Shown here piece after piece: positions 10,323-21,056 of a DNA stretch of 48,538 nucleotides. The DNA comes from a virus (lineage: Duplodnaviria; Heunggongvirae; Uroviricota; Caudoviricetes), in the IMG/VR virus record IMGVR_UViG_2740892445_000002. One strand, written 5' to 3'. How positions within the stretch are numbered: the stretch's first letter is position 1; every line of letters begins with the position of its first letter. A program made the translations under genes and the position numbers. The notes under the pieces are model-generated. The model made no database searches, was not told where the DNA came from, and saw nothing but the letters and a program-made list of their open reading frames with translations.

Positions 10323-12901
10323 CGCCCACCTCCGGAGAACATACCGCCATCACGCATCTGTGCCTGGATCTCATCACGGGCTCCCTTACGGGCCATGTCA
10401 TAAACCAGCACCAGTGCCTGCGGACCGATACTGCCATTCGTGGCATCATTCTGAATCACCACATTGTTGTTCTGATTAAAACTGATACCATCTGCCCGCC
10501 GCATCTGAGCCTGACTTCCGGAACCACCCACATAACCGCCATCCGCATACCCCCGCATCAGGCGGTACAGGTTGCCGACACCAATCCGGCTGGTTGCCTC
10601 CTTCGTGAACACAAACTCACCACGGTGAACAATCCCCGCAGGCTCATATTTTCCGCCAGTGCCGGTGAATCCACCGGTCGCAAAATGAAAGTTTGCTGCC
10701 GCAGCCTGAATGGCTGTCCCCGTGGAAGCTGACGCGCCAGCACCACCAATGGCTCCCCCGATGGCGCTGCCGATACTCCCGACAATCCCCACCATGGCCT
10801 GTTTAATCAGGATTTCCGTCATCATGGACAGCACCGAACGGGTGAAACTGCGCCAGTTCTGTTCACTGCCGGTCAGCATTGCCGCCATATTCTGTGCAAT
10901 ACCATCAAAGGTCTGCGTTGCAGCACTTTTAACCTGCGAAAAACTGTCCGTCGCACTTTCAACCCACTCACCCCAGCCAGACTTAAACCCGGCCAGCCAG
11001 TCACTGCGCAGCATATCTTCATCCGCCCATGTCTGCTTCAGTGCCCCGGTGACCTGTGCCAGCGCCTGCGGATTATCGCGGTACACGTCACGAAGACGCT
11101 GCTCTTCAGACTCACGCTGCGCCTGACGATCAGTGAGACCGCGGGCTTTTGCGCTGATGGCCGCCTGCTTCGCGCTCTGCTGCTCTTCAAACCGCGCTGC
11201 CTGCTGTGCCAGCTCATTCAGCCGTTTCTGGTATTCAACCTTGTCGCCCAGGTCAGCCAGCTGGCGTTTGTACTCCAGCGTCTCTTTCTCATGGGCCAGC
11301 AGGGATTTTTCCTGCTCAGATAACTGCCGTTTCGTGGCGGCCTCTTTCAGGACCGCATACTGATTTTCCGCTTTCCATAAATCCCGGCGCTGCTGGCTGA
11401 TTTTCTCATTCGTACCACTGTGTTTTTCCAGCGTCCGGAGCTCGGTATCAAGCGCCAGCAGGGCAGCATGCGCCTGGTCTTCCTGACGCTCACCGGCTGA
11501 CACTTTTACACCTGACGACTTCGGCTTTTTCAGCGTCGCTTCATAATCCTTTTTCGCAGCCGCCATCAGCGTGTTGTAATCTGCCTGCAGGATTTTCCCG
11601 TCTTTCAGTGCCTTCTTCAGTTCCTTCTGGCGGGCGGTATATTTATCCAGCGGCGTCTGCAGGCGTTCATATGCCTTCTGCACCTCTTCGGTGTACTTCA
11701 GCCGTGAGGCCTCTGATTCAGCCCGATCCCGTGCCGCCATTTCGCTGGCTTTTTCCAGGTCTGCCTGCAGTGTCGCCGCTGAAAGACCGAGGCGGGCGTT
11801 TTCGCGGTCGTCCCATGCGCCGCGCAGATTAGAAAGATACGCTGACGTTTTTCCGCGCCGGTTACTGCGACTCTGATACCATTGCCATTTTTTATCCGCC
11901 TCATCGAATGCCTGCTGTGCCTTATTCAGCATTTCTGCAGATGACTCAGGACGCCCGATATCCAGCACTGCATCCCACATGGATTTAAACGCACTGCCGA
12001 CTTTATCCGCCCAGGTCTCCAGCGTTCCCATATTCGCTTTCAGGCGGCGGGTCTGCTCATCAAACCCTTTTGTGGCGGCCTCGTTTGCGGCCTGCAATGC
12101 CCCGGCCTCATCACCGGAACGCTGCAGTTGCGCAACATACGCAATCTGCTCTGCCGTCACGTTACGGAACTGGCGCGCCATCGCCATCAGCCCCGACGTC
12201 GGGTCGGTGGTCAGTTTTCCGAAAGCCTCTGCAATCTTGTCCACTTCCACACCGGATGCAGAAGCAAAACGCGCCACACTCTGATTAATGGCATCAAACT
12301 GTTCACCACCACGCACACCGGCATTCACCAGTGCTGCCAGTGACTCACTCGCCTGATTAAACGTCAGCCCTGCTGCCTGTCCTGCTCTGGAGAGAGTCAG
12401 CATGCGATCTGCGGTCAGCCCGGACTGATTACCGGAAAGAACCAGGGTTTTATTAAACGCTGAAAGCGTGGAGTCCCCCTGGTACCAGGCATACGCCAGC
12501 GCCCCGGTTGCTGCAACGAGTGATGTGATCCCGACAGCAGGCAGCGTGACGGCACCAGCAAGGCTCCGGAACATGGGGATCAGCCCACCGAAGGAGTCCT
12601 TCACCTGTCCGCCCTGCTGCAGCAGGATCAACCACGGACTCTGACCACCGGCAAGCTGCGTGGCGATATCCGTGAACTGTGCGGGCAGGGTACGCATGGC
12701 TGCTTTATACTGCCCGACGGAAATCCCGGCTTTTTGTGCGGCCAGCGCCTGACGGTTCAGACTCTGCTCAACGGCACCGGCGGTTTTTCTGGCGTCGGTA
12801 TCCAGTCCTGAAAAATGACGCCTTACCCGGCTCATCTGCTCATCGAAACGGGCCGCATCCAGACTCAGGTCAATAACAAGATCACCAACCGGCTGGGACA
12901 T
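10319..12901 (-). CDS. H: tail tape measure protein H
   Basis: 860 aa, long coiled-coil middle, Gly-rich C-terminal part; position and size match lambda gpH. Confidence 0.95.
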   Translation of the reverse strand: MSQPVGDLVIDLSLDAARFDEQMSRVRRHFSGLDTDARKTAGAVEQSLNRQALAAQKAGISVGQYKAAMRTLPAQFTDIATQLAGGQSPWLILLQQGGQVKDSFGGLIPMFRSLAGAVTLPAVGITSLVAATGALAYAWYQGDSTLSAFNKTLVLSGNQSGLTADRMLTLSRAGQAAGLTFNQASESLAALVNAGVRGGEQFDAINQSVARFASASGVEVDKIAEAFGKLTTDPTSGLMAMARQFRNVTAEQIAYVAQLQRSGDEAGALQAANEAATKGFDEQTRRLKANMGTLETWADKVGSAFKSMWDAVLDIGRPESSAEMLNKAQQAFDEADKKWQWYQSRSNRRGKTSAYLSNLRGAWDDRENARLGLSAATLQADLEKASEMAARDRAESEASRLKYTEEVQKAYERLQTPLDKYTARQKELKKALKDGKILQADYNTLMAAAKKDYEATLKKPKSSGVKVSAGERQEDQAHAALLALDTELRTLEKHSGTNEKISQQRRDLWKAENQYAVLKEAATKRQLSEQEKSLLAHEKETLEYKRQLADLGDKVEYQKRLNELAQQAARFEEQQSAKQAAISAKARGLTDRQAQRESEEQRLRDVYRDNPQALAQVTGALKQTWADEDMLRSDWLAGFKSGWGEWVESATDSFSQVKSAATQTFDGIAQNMAAMLTGSEQNWRSFTRSVLSMMTEILIKQAMVGIVGSIGSAIGGAIGGAGASASTGTAIQAAAANFHFATGGFTGTGGKYEPAGIVHRGEFVFTKEATSRIGVGNLYRLMRGYADGGYVGGSGSQAQMRRADGISFNQNNNVVIQNDATNGSIGPQALVLVYDMARKGARDEIQAQMRDGGMFSGGGR

Positions 12902-13295
12902 ATCTCACACCTCCTGAAATCCCCGCTGAAGCCATCATTAATGCAACATCATCCTCGCTGACATCCACCACATCTGCAGAAGGTGAAATATCGCCCCCTC
13001 CCTCCCCACCGAACCGGACGCCTCCGGCAAGTCCTGCCGCTTTCTGCATCAGCATGTCTTCCTCATCCGGCATCTCCGTCTGCTCTTCCTCTCGCCGGGG
13101 AGCCAGCAGACTGAAATCCGAGGGATGCATATCCGGATCGCAAAAAAACAGGCTGAGTACGGCGTACATCAGCCCGGAAAAATGCATATCCAGTTGGGTA
13201 TCCTGAAAATAATGCGTGCGGTAAAAATGTCGCCAGTCGGCATATTCGGTGGATGTCATCCCGGCAAGCATGGCGCGCCAGTCAGGCCTCCCCAT
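12882..13295 (-). CDS. T: T frame of the G-T tail assembly chaperone (expressed by -1 frameshift from G)
   Basis: ORF lies in -1 frame relative to G by track coordinates and is open across the end of G. Confidence 0.8.
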   Translation of the reverse strand: MGRPDWRAMLAGMTSTEYADWRHFYRTHYFQDTQLDMHFSGLMYAVLSLFFCDPDMHPSDFSLLAPRREEEQTEMPDEEDMLMQKAAGLAGGVRFGGEGGGDISPSADVVDVSEDDVALMMASAGISGGVRYVPAGW

Positions 13296-13321
13296 CTCAC
13301 GCGCCAGTCTGAGGGCAAAAT

Positions 13322-13753
13322 TCAGCTCGCCGTCGAAAACTTTCCCGCAGAAAAATCATCATCAGTAAGCACGTTATTTTTCGCCACTTCGGTGATATCA
13401 GTATCCGTATGAACAGGCTCGCTCATCCCGGACAGATGCAACACCACATCTTCCGCCCGGGCAATGGCATCGGCAGGCCAGGTGGTGAGCACTTCCTGCT
13501 CGATCTGCATCACGGCCTCATTCATGGACGGCATCTGCGTTTTCTGTGGATGGTTATGCCACAGGGACATCGCCACCAGAAACGCGCCGGTTCTGACGAG
13601 ATCTTCCACGCTCACCTGCAGGTTACCGCTGGCTTCAGCCTGTTCTGCACGCCGTTTCAGCAGGGCAAGATGCTCAATACGCTGCAGCGCAGACAGCTCA
13701 GAAAGCGTGACGGACACACCGTTATATTCAAATTGTTCTGTTTTCAGAAACAT
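13322..13753 (-). CDS. G: tail assembly chaperone G
   Basis: 143 aa, MFLKTEQFEYNGVSVTLSELSALQRIEHLA... like lambda gpG; ends just after a GGGAAAG slippery heptamer. Confidence 0.9.
   Translation of the reverse strand: MFLKTEQFEYNGVSVTLSELSALQRIEHLALLKRRAEQAEASGNLQVSVEDLVRTGAFLVAMSLWHNHPQKTQMPSMNEAVMQIEQEVLTTWPADAIARAEDVVLHLSGMSEPVHTDTDITEVAKNNVLTDDDFSAGKFSTAS
13339..13346 (-). promoter_or_regulatory. programmed -1 ribosomal frameshift slippery site G GGA AAG (G to G-T fusion)
   Basis: Heptamer GGGAAAG in G frame about 6 codons before G stop; coordinates approximate to 1-2 nt. Confidence 0.7.
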
Positions 13754-13772
13754 GCTTTATCACTCCCTCAGC

Positions 13773-14522
13773 TTAACCCGCTGCGCCATCCGTGACGGTA
13801 ATTTCCGCCACTGCCGCAAACTCACCATTGCCGGTGACAACAGGGATCTGCGCTTTACCCGCCGCAACACCTTTCACCGTGATTGTGTTACCCTTCACGG
13901 TAATGGTGGCGAAATTCTGATTTGCCGACGTGGCACGGAAGGTTTTATCCGTCACCCCTTCCGGCTGAACGGCCACGGTCAGGGTGATACTCTGACCTTT
14001 TGCCACATTGCCCGTTGGTGGCGTCACAGTAATCCCCGTGACCGGTGTGATGTCACCCCGATCCTCCGCCAGCGAAGGACGACCGATATTGGTGATCTTC
14101 ACGGTACGGGTGATCACCTCTTTGGCGGTCACCGCTTTACCAATGGCACTCACCCAGCCACGGAACACATCCACCGTGCCATTCGGGAAGCGGATTTTGT
14201 AAGCCCGGGTCTCGCTGCTGTCAAACCAGGCTATCAAATCACGCTGTCCTTGCTCACCCGGTTTCCAGGCCAGCGTAAAACTGGTGTCACCCGCGGATTT
14301 CTGTCCCTGCCCGGTGGATACCCAGTCGGCATCCTCATCATCCAGATAGTTATCGTCGTAGGATTCCGCCGTCATCTCGCCGGGGGTCAGATCCTTTATT
14401 TTTGCCAGACGCGTCCACTCATCATCTGACAACGGGTTTGCATAAGCATCACCCTTGCCGGTGTAAACCCAGAGCGTGGTGCCGGAACCTTTTACCGGCG
14501 CCAGGGGATTTGGTGTTGCCAT
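13773..14522 (-). CDS. V: major tail protein V (with C-terminal Ig-like domain)
   Basis: 249 aa, ...[12 protein letters not shown]... and [14 protein letters not shown] motifs as in lambda gpV. Confidence 0.95.
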   Translation of the reverse strand: MATPNPLAPVKGSGTTLWVYTGKGDAYANPLSDDEWTRLAKIKDLTPGEMTAESYDDNYLDDEDADWVSTGQGQKSAGDTSFTLAWKPGEQGQRDLIAWFDSSETRAYKIRFPNGTVDVFRGWVSAIGKAVTAKEVITRTVKITNIGRPSLAEDRGDITPVTGITVTPPTGNVAKGQSITLTVAVQPEGVTDKTFRATSANQNFATITVKGNTITVKGVAAGKAQIPVVTGNGEFAAVAEITVTDGAAG

Positions 14523-14529
14523 ATCGTCC

Positions 14530-14925
14530 TCACATTTCGTAGGTAATGGAATAAGTCAGATCAGCAGAACTCCACAATGCCATATCGTCATCACGACGAT
14601 ACTCATAGCCCTGCGTAACCATCGTGGTAATCATGCCTGCCAGTGCAGGGATCGCCGCCATCGCCGGGTAAATCCGGCTTTCCATCCACTGATCAAGCTC
14701 TGAATCCGGTACCTGTGCCGGTAAAAACACCTCAATATGCAGTGTGGCCCGCCAGGTATCTGCATCCAGCTCTTCACCGGTATACTCTGCATCCGTCAGA
14801 TAAACCGCGACCGCCGGAAAATCCTCTTCGTCAAAAACAACGGGGCGACCATCAAACAGCGTCGCCCCGTGTTCATGCTGCTCGAGTGCATCCAGCACTG
14901 CGGCACGAATATCAGTATGTTTCAT
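14530..14925 (-). CDS. U: tail terminator protein U
   Basis: 131 aa, [15 protein letters not shown]... ending ...[13 protein letters not shown]. Confidence 0.9.
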   Translation of the reverse strand: MKHTDIRAAVLDALEQHEHGATLFDGRPVVFDEEDFPAVAVYLTDAEYTGEELDADTWRATLHIEVFLPAQVPDSELDQWMESRIYPAMAAIPALAGMITTMVTQGYEYRRDDDMALWSSADLTYSITYEM

Positions 14926-15500
14926 CGTTTTATCGCAATCCTCAGTTGTTGTTTCAGCGCGTATGACAGTTCTTCTGGCAGGCGTTCACGCCGGATACGT
15001 TCAATATTCTGTTTAAATGCTGTGGTCAGCGGCACCGCCATCGGGATTTTTACCACATCAATGGGGTAACGGTTTTTCCCGGCCACACGCTGCATGACAT
15101 GCCACCGGCCATTTTTCAGTTGCTGAATAAACGCGCCGGGAATGCGACGGTTACCCACCACAAGCACACTGCCGCCACCTTTCAGGGATGAACGCTGCCC
15201 CTTTTTACGTCGCCTGCGTCGGGACAGGACAACCCGCGCATTACCCAGCCTGATTACGGGCAAATCCCCCCGGTTAACTTTGATTCTGACCTGAGGATTT
15301 TTAACCGTGGCCCTTTTCAGCCTGGCCCTTTCCTTTACCAGTTTCCGGCGTACCTTTGTCTCACGGGCAACCTGTGACGCCGACTGATTTATTGCCGTTG
15401 TGGCCACACTGTTAATGGCCATTGCTGAAGCAGCAGGAATGGCGTTTTTACGAAACCGGCTCAGATTGTCAATAGCCTGATCAAGCCCTTTTATCACCAT
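14922..15500 (-). CDS. Z: tail completion protein Z
   Basis: 192 aa, basic RRRRRKKGQRSSLKGGGS stretch typical of lambda gpZ. Confidence 0.9.
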   Translation of the reverse strand: MVIKGLDQAIDNLSRFRKNAIPAASAMAINSVATTAINQSASQVARETKVRRKLVKERARLKRATVKNPQVRIKVNRGDLPVIRLGNARVVLSRRRRRKKGQRSSLKGGGSVLVVGNRRIPGAFIQQLKNGRWHVMQRVAGKNRYPIDVVKIPMAVPLTTAFKQNIERIRRERLPEELSYALKQQLRIAIKR

Positions 15501-15514
15501 AATTCACCCTGCGT

Positions 15515-15868
15515 TTATCGTCGCCGGTTAACAGCCGGTGGTTCCCCACGGTTGAGCCAGAGATAACAACTGCCCCCGTCATCCGGAGATACACGATCCA
15601 CCCAGAACATCTCGCCGTTAATGGTCAGCGTGTCACCACGCCGCACAGCACGAACCGTATCCGTCCGCACAAATAATGACGGGCTGCTTCCTTCAATACG
15701 GACCCCGCCACCTGCAAACCCCAGCGACTCCGGATCGTCAAAAACCCCCTGAACTTCGCCGCCACGTTGTGCACCGGATGTGAACTGCGCACGGATCCCC
15801 ATCACTTCAACGATCGTACTGTCCACCCCGGCGAGGGCAGCATCAAAGGCATTCTGAAAATCACGCAT
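15515..15868 (-). CDS. FII: head-tail joining protein FII
   Basis: 117 aa, C-terminal ...FWVDRVSPDDGGSCYLWL..PPAVNRRR as in lambda gpFII. Confidence 0.9.
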   Translation of the reverse strand: MRDFQNAFDAALAGVDSTIVEVMGIRAQFTSGAQRGGEVQGVFDDPESLGFAGGGVRIEGSSPSLFVRTDTVRAVRRGDTLTINGEMFWVDRVSPDDGGSCYLWLNRGEPPAVNRRR

Positions 15869-16244
15869 ACTCAGCCGTTCCGTGCTGTATCATGGCCGTT
15901 GCCAGTGATGATGGCACCAGAACACACATACCCCGTAACGCCAGCTCAACGGGACGACCTGTCTCCGGGCAATACCCCATCACTTGCAGGCACTTCCGTA
16001 CCCGGACGGCTTTAACATCATCCGGAGCATCAGTGTTGTTCAACTGCTCACCATCGTCTGTGTAATTTTGATCAGACCCGCTCTCATCAGAGTGCATAAT
16101 GCCTTCCGGTGAAACAGCAAGCTCCTCTTCCCACTCAGACACACGTTGAGCAATATCCGCTGCACTCCCCGACATATCCACCTCGCGCCCCAGCAGGCCA
16201 GCCAGTTCACGAAGACGTTTCTGATTTTCTTCTTTTGTTGCCAT
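15861..16244 (-). CDS. FI: DNA packaging protein FI
   Basis: Position between E and FII, acidic linker region; start set at internal Met MATKEENQKRLREL.... Confidence 0.75.
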   Translation of the reverse strand: MATKEENQKRLRELAGLLGREVDMSGSAADIAQRVSEWEEELAVSPEGIMHSDESGSDQNYTDDGEQLNNTDAPDDVKAVRVRKCLQVMGYCPETGRPVELALRGMCVLVPSSLATAMIQHGTAEYA

Positions 16245-16295
16245 CTCAGCCCCCTGTGAAAAAAGACACGGGGGCATATCGCCCCCACTCACGGA

Positions 16296-17324
16296 TTATT
16301 TCACCTGTACCACCACAAACTCATCCGGATCCGGCAGCACCATCAGCGGAGCGGACTGCGTCATGGTGAATTCACGGGCCGGATCGCCAACGGTCAGCCA
16401 GTGTTTCGGATAACGGGAAGAGGCCACCACACCTTCGGACAACGCCTGCGCATCCTGAATGGCACCATAGCAACGGATGCCATCAGCAACCGTATTTCCC
16501 AGGACCAGCGTGCCCTCCGGCAGATAACGTTTTTCGGTACCGTCCTCTGCCACATAAGACGTTTTCGCCACCACAATGGCCAGATCACCGTAATACCCTT
16601 TGAAAGACACCACCGACCCCAAGTCTTTCACTGCCGTTTCGAGTTGTGAATTTGAGCCGCGACGGGTATCCAGTTTTTCGCGGAACAGCTTAAAGCCATT
16701 CAGCAGACGCCAGACCGTACCGTCCATAATGGCGATATTCACAAGGCCGCTGGCCTGATCGCAGTAGAGGTCAATATCATGCGTCGGATCAAACGTATCA
16801 CGGTCCTGCTCAGACCATTTTTTACCGTCAGCCTGCTCAATGTTATTTCCTTCAGAGCGCCCGAAATCCACCTCGACAGTATCAAACAGCTCCCCTTCCA
16901 TGGTGTATTTGCCATACAGCACGGCATTCACCGCCTGCATTTCTTCCACCTGGACAATGGCGTGCTCTTCCTGTTTGAGGTTATCGGTGATGATACGCAG
17001 ACGACGGTAGGTCGGGTCGTTCAGCTGCGCCGGATCTTCACCGGGAAGGCGCTCCACCGCCTGCTGGTAATTAAATTCGTGTTTCGGCTTGACGTAGCCC
17101 GGACGCAACACGCGGGTTTCACCACCACGATGACGCAGCACTTTTCCTTCAACAACCGGGGAGACATAGGCTGCCACCGGCGTTTTTCCGGTAATTTTGT
17201 CCAGCATCACCTCTTCGGTGTGGAAATTCACCGTACGGCGGAAAAACAGTTCCAGAAACAGCGCACGAAATTTAACTTTTTGTTCGGTATAACCGAGTAA
17301 CTGGCGGGTCGTAAACAATCCCAT
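16296..17324 (-). CDS. E: major capsid protein E
   Basis: 342 aa, ...PGYVKPKHE..., ...KLDTRRGSNS.LETAVKDLG..., C-terminal ...TGDPAREFTM.QSAPLM.L.DPDEFV as in lambda gpE. Confidence 0.95.
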   Translation of the reverse strand: MGLFTTRQLLGYTEQKVKFRALFLELFFRRTVNFHTEEVMLDKITGKTPVAAYVSPVVEGKVLRHRGGETRVLRPGYVKPKHEFNYQQAVERLPGEDPAQLNDPTYRRLRIITDNLKQEEHAIVQVEEMQAVNAVLYGKYTMEGELFDTVEVDFGRSEGNNIEQADGKKWSEQDRDTFDPTHDIDLYCDQASGLVNIAIMDGTVWRLLNGFKLFREKLDTRRGSNSQLETAVKDLGSVVSFKGYYGDLAIVVAKTSYVAEDGTEKRYLPEGTLVLGNTVADGIRCYGAIQDAQALSEGVVASSRYPKHWLTVGDPAREFTMTQSAPLMVLPDPDEFVVVQVK

Positions 17325-17381
17325 AAATCAGTTCCTTTCATTCAGAAATCAGTCAGGCCAACGCAGTGGCCTGATAACGTG

Positions 17382-17729
17382 TTACGGCAGCGCCGCGTGA
17401 CTCAGGGCTGTGCCGACAAAGGCATTGGCCTTTTTGTGTTCATCCACACTTTCAGGCCAGCGGATTGCCTCCGTCGCAAAGGTCCCCGACTTGTAATACG
17501 TCAGCGCCGTCTCTGTGCCTTCAAGCGGCAGTACCAGTATGCCAACCGCACTACCGGCTTTCTGTCCGTCCCAGACCACCAGTTTCCCGCTGGCTTCATC
17601 CAGCATCAGGGGTGTCAGTGCCGGTGTTGCCTGAGAAATCCCGCTGCTGCCTGTGACGGTATGAGCCGGATCATTACCGGCAAAAATACGTACTTCCGCA
17701 CGTTGTTCAGTGATGGTTTTCGTCACCAT
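17382..17729 (-). CDS. D: head decoration protein D
   Basis: 115 aa, ...DPAHT..., ...TPLMLD..., ...YKSGTF... motifs. Confidence 0.9.
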   Translation of the reverse strand: MVTKTITEQRAEVRIFAGNDPAHTVTGSSGISQATPALTPLMLDEASGKLVVWDGQKAGSAVGILVLPLEGTETALTYYKSGTFATEAIRWPESVDEHKKANAFVGTALSHAALP

Positions 17730-17765
17730 ATTGTAAAAACCTCATATTGATGGTCAGCACTGACT

Positions 17766-19271
17766 TCATGGCATGGCCATGAGCATTTTCACGTCCGCAT
17801 CACCGTCTGCCGACGTCTGTGACACGCCCCCCTGTACCGCTGCCGGTGAATGGTTCGCCATGAAATGTTCAAACAGGGCGGTTGTTGATGCAGAAACCGG
17901 CTCTGCCTTACCTGATCCCGCAGCCAGCACAGCCCGGGCGCTCTCCACAGTCATTCCCGGGCAGGCCGCCAGTTTTTCAGCCTGCACCTCAGCCCCTTTT
18001 GCCTCATCCAGAGCCATGATCTGATCACGGAGTGAGAGGCCGGCATCCGCCTGCGGTGAAGCAGCCAGGATCGGGCGGGCTTTTTCCACCGTCATCTCCG
18101 GCATCGCCGCCAGCGTTGCCGCCAGTTGTTCACGACCTTTCGCCTCTTCACACGCCATAATGCGATCGGCTTCACTCTGCTCGGATGCCACCGGCTGCTG
18201 TGGTGCTGCCGCGGCCAGAATCGCCCGGGCCTGTTCAACGCTCATGCCCTGTTGTCCTGCCAGCACCGTGGCAAGCTGTTCACGTCCTTTCGCTTCCTGA
18301 CTCGTCAGGATCCCCATCACTCGCTGGTTCTCCTGCGCGGCAGCTTCCGTTGCGGTTAATTGCGGCATAGTGCCTCCTGTATCATGTGTGTTCAGCGCCG
18401 CAGCCATCACACTGATGGCATCCGACGCATTGATTAATTCATCCGCCAGCCCGGCCTCAATACCGGACTGACCTTCAAAAACGGCAGCCTCTGTCCCCGT
18501 GACCGCATCCACAGACAGCCCGGTATACATCGCCACTTTTTCGGCAAACATACGGTGTGCCGCATCAATGCGCTGCTGCATGTCCTGACGCACCTCTGCC
18601 GGTAAGGCTTCAAACTGATTGCCATCCACCTTGTGCGCCCCGGCATAAATCAGCGTGATATCCACTCCGGCCTGCGCCAGATGACCGGCATAGCTGACAT
18701 GGCTCATCATCACGCCAATAGAGCCGATACGGGATGTCTGGGTAACCAGCCGTCGGGAACAGGCCGACGCCAGCAGCATGGCCGCAGAACAGGCCGTGTC
18801 ATTACACAGTGCCCAGACCGGCTTCTGCTGCCGGAGGCGGTAAATCATGTCAGCGCAGTCAAACGCGCCGGCGGCCTGCCCGCCCGGACTGTCAATGTCC
18901 AGCAGTACGCCCCGCACCTGGCTATCCGCCATTGCCTGCTGAAGACAGGCGACAATACCGTCATAGCCTGTCATTCCGGAAAATGGCCGCATACCACCCA
19001 GCCGGTGCACCAGCGTGCCGGTCACCGGCAGTACAGCAATACCGTTCACCACCCTGTAAACACGGGCCGGTCGTTTACCTCCGGCCATGTACTCGTCCGT
19101 TTCAGCCAGCATTCCGGGAGCATCAAACTGTACCTGCTGTTGTGGTACCGAAAGACTTGCTGCCCCCATCTCGCGCCCGAGCGCGCAAAAGAAAACCCGC
19201 GCATAGGCGGGCTCCAGAAGCAGCGGTTCATTGAATGCTGCGGCAATAATGTGTGAAAGATTACGTCTCAC
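17766..19271 (-). CDS. C: prohead protease/scaffold C (S49 ClpP-like peptidase with nested scaffold region)
   Basis: 501 aa; peptidase S49-like N-terminal half, C-terminal repeated EAKGREQLA / EAKGAEVQAEKLA scaffold-type repeats. Confidence 0.9.
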   Translation of the reverse strand: MRRNLSHIIAAAFNEPLLLEPAYARVFFCALGREMGAASLSVPQQQVQFDAPGMLAETDEYMAGGKRPARVYRVVNGIAVLPVTGTLVHRLGGMRPFSGMTGYDGIVACLQQAMADSQVRGVLLDIDSPGGQAAGAFDCADMIYRLRQQKPVWALCNDTACSAAMLLASACSRRLVTQTSRIGSIGVMMSHVSYAGHLAQAGVDITLIYAGAHKVDGNQFEALPAEVRQDMQQRIDAAHRMFAEKVAMYTGLSVDAVTGTEAAVFEGQSGIEAGLADELINASDAISVMAAALNTHDTGGTMPQLTATEAAAQENQRVMGILTSQEAKGREQLATVLAGQQGMSVEQARAILAAAAPQQPVASEQSEADRIMACEEAKGREQLAATLAAMPEMTVEKARPILAASPQADAGLSLRDQIMALDEAKGAEVQAEKLAACPGMTVESARAVLAAGSGKAEPVSASTTALFEHFMANHSPAAVQGGVSQTSADGDADVKMLMAMP

Positions 19272-20853
19272 GTGGTGTTGTCTCCTCTTCCGGCCTGCGA
19301 CTCTCCGCTATCTGCTGCTGATACGCCTGCGCTATCCACACCGGACGTGAGAGTCCGGCTTTTTGCCGCTCTGCAGATTCCCTGACCTGCTGGCGGAAAA
19401 TGTCCTGATAATCCTCGCCCATTAGCGCCAGCTCTTTCTCATACGTGCTCAGTCCGGCCTCAATGCGCATCACTGATTCCTGGACTTCCTTGAGCCCGTC
19501 AATGGCCATTCTTCCTGCACCAATCCACTCTGCCCGTGACCAGGCTGATCGCGCCTGATAAAAATCAAAACGTGCCCGTGGCGGATGAATAATCCCCCGA
19601 AGAAGTGCCTCTTCCAGCCAGCAGGAAAACATCTGCGTGGCCAGCCGGGCCGCAATAAATTTTCGCCGCCCCATAAAATAGCGCCACGACTCATTGGCGG
19701 AGGCGCGGGCACTTGAGTAACTGACCTTCGAGTAATCACGGGACAACTGTTCGTAGGAAACCCCAAGACCGGCGGCGATATACCGCAGCAGCGCCTGTTC
19801 AAGCGCAGAAAATCCATTGTCTGAATCCTGCGCTGTCTGTAGTTTCAGATCATCCCCGGGGAAAAGGTGCGGAATTTTGACACCGCCCAGCGTCACGCTA
19901 TTCGTGTCATACCAGGTGGAGAACTTCTCCAGAATATTCATAAGCGGATTATCCTTCTGCCCCTGCGGCGCACCAGCGATATATTCAAAGGCCTTTTCGG
20001 TATCAAGGTCACTTTCAATCGTCGCTGCATACATGGCTTTGACAATGGCCGACTGAAGCTGTGTTGCCTGCAGGGAATCGAGCATCTTCAGCCGTTCCAT
20101 GACGCTGTAAAACTGATTGGCCCCACGGGTCTGCCCGTCCTCCACCGGCTCGAAAATATGCAGCATGGCCGGACGCCCGGTGGGAAGTTCACGCGGGATC
20201 CGTTCCCATCGTCCACTACCAGAGAACGGAAAATCATCCTCACAGATATGGTACGCGACGGCACGGCCATATCGATCGACCTCCACACCGGCCCGCAGAA
20301 AACGGTTCCCCATACCGTGTCCAGGCGTGTCCACCCGTTTCGGACTCACGGCTTTAAAACGCGTACGGAATAACTGCGTGGTTTCCGTATCCCAGACCGG
20401 CTGCACAAAGATTTCGCCGTTAAACGCATGAACGCCCACACCTTCACGGATAAATTCCGTGAACGTGCGTTTTCCTTCCACGTCGATCTCGCCAAACATC
20501 CCTTCGGCGTATTCCGACCAGGCCGCCTCCACCTCATCGACAAAGCTTTTTGCTGCGGTCTCCCGCATCCCCAGCCAGCGCCAGTTCGGACGGTAGCTGA
20601 TCAGAAACATATGCCCGACAATGTGATCCTTATGCAGAGCCACCGCATTAGCCGCTATTCCGTTATTGCGCACCAGATCATCTGCCCGGGCATTCCCCAG
20701 ACGCAACGCGGGCAGCAGGGCCGCATCGGCACTCTGCGCCGGTGGCAACCACTCAGCCATTTGCCCGCCAAATCCTGCACCGCCCCCGTTGTAGCTGAGA
20801 CTCTCACGAAGCGGAACGCCGTTCACATCAATCAGGACAGGCGTTCGTTTCAT
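19261..20853 (-). CDS. B: portal protein B
   Basis: About 530 aa, ...LGNARADDLVRNNG..., ...FEPVEDGQTRGAN.FYSVME..., ...LRYIAAGLGVSYEQLSR... as in lambda gpB. Confidence 0.9.
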   Translation of the reverse strand: MKRTPVLIDVNGVPLRESLSYNGGGAGFGGQMAEWLPPAQSADAALLPALRLGNARADDLVRNNGIAANAVALHKDHIVGHMFLISYRPNWRWLGMRETAAKSFVDEVEAAWSEYAEGMFGEIDVEGKRTFTEFIREGVGVHAFNGEIFVQPVWDTETTQLFRTRFKAVSPKRVDTPGHGMGNRFLRAGVEVDRYGRAVAYHICEDDFPFSGSGRWERIPRELPTGRPAMLHIFEPVEDGQTRGANQFYSVMERLKMLDSLQATQLQSAIVKAMYAATIESDLDTEKAFEYIAGAPQGQKDNPLMNILEKFSTWYDTNSVTLGGVKIPHLFPGDDLKLQTAQDSDNGFSALEQALLRYIAAGLGVSYEQLSRDYSKVSYSSARASANESWRYFMGRRKFIAARLATQMFSCWLEEALLRGIIHPPRARFDFYQARSAWSRAEWIGAGRMAIDGLKEVQESVMRIEAGLSTYEKELALMGEDYQDIFRQQVRESAERQKAGLSRPVWIAQAYQQQIAESRRPEEETTPRET

Positions 20854-21056
20854 AACCTCACTCCCAGCGGACGACGGCGACACCGGGTTGTCCCCAGTAC
20901 CGACTCCGCATCATTAATCGCCCGGTTAAGCTCATCCAGAGAAGCCGCCGTATATTCAATTCTGCGACCATCTTTCTGGACAGACACCACCCGTTTACCG
21001 GTTAATAAATCAAGGCGCGCCTGACGCAGCGCCTGCAGTTCAGCGACTGTAACCAT
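20850..21056 (-). CDS. W: head-tail joining protein W
   Basis: 68 aa, ...LLTGKRV..VQKDGRR.E.TA.S... like lambda gpW. Confidence 0.85.
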   Translation of the reverse strand: MVTVAELQALRQARLDLLTGKRVVSVQKDGRRIEYTAASLDELNRAINDAESVLGTTRCRRRPLGVRL

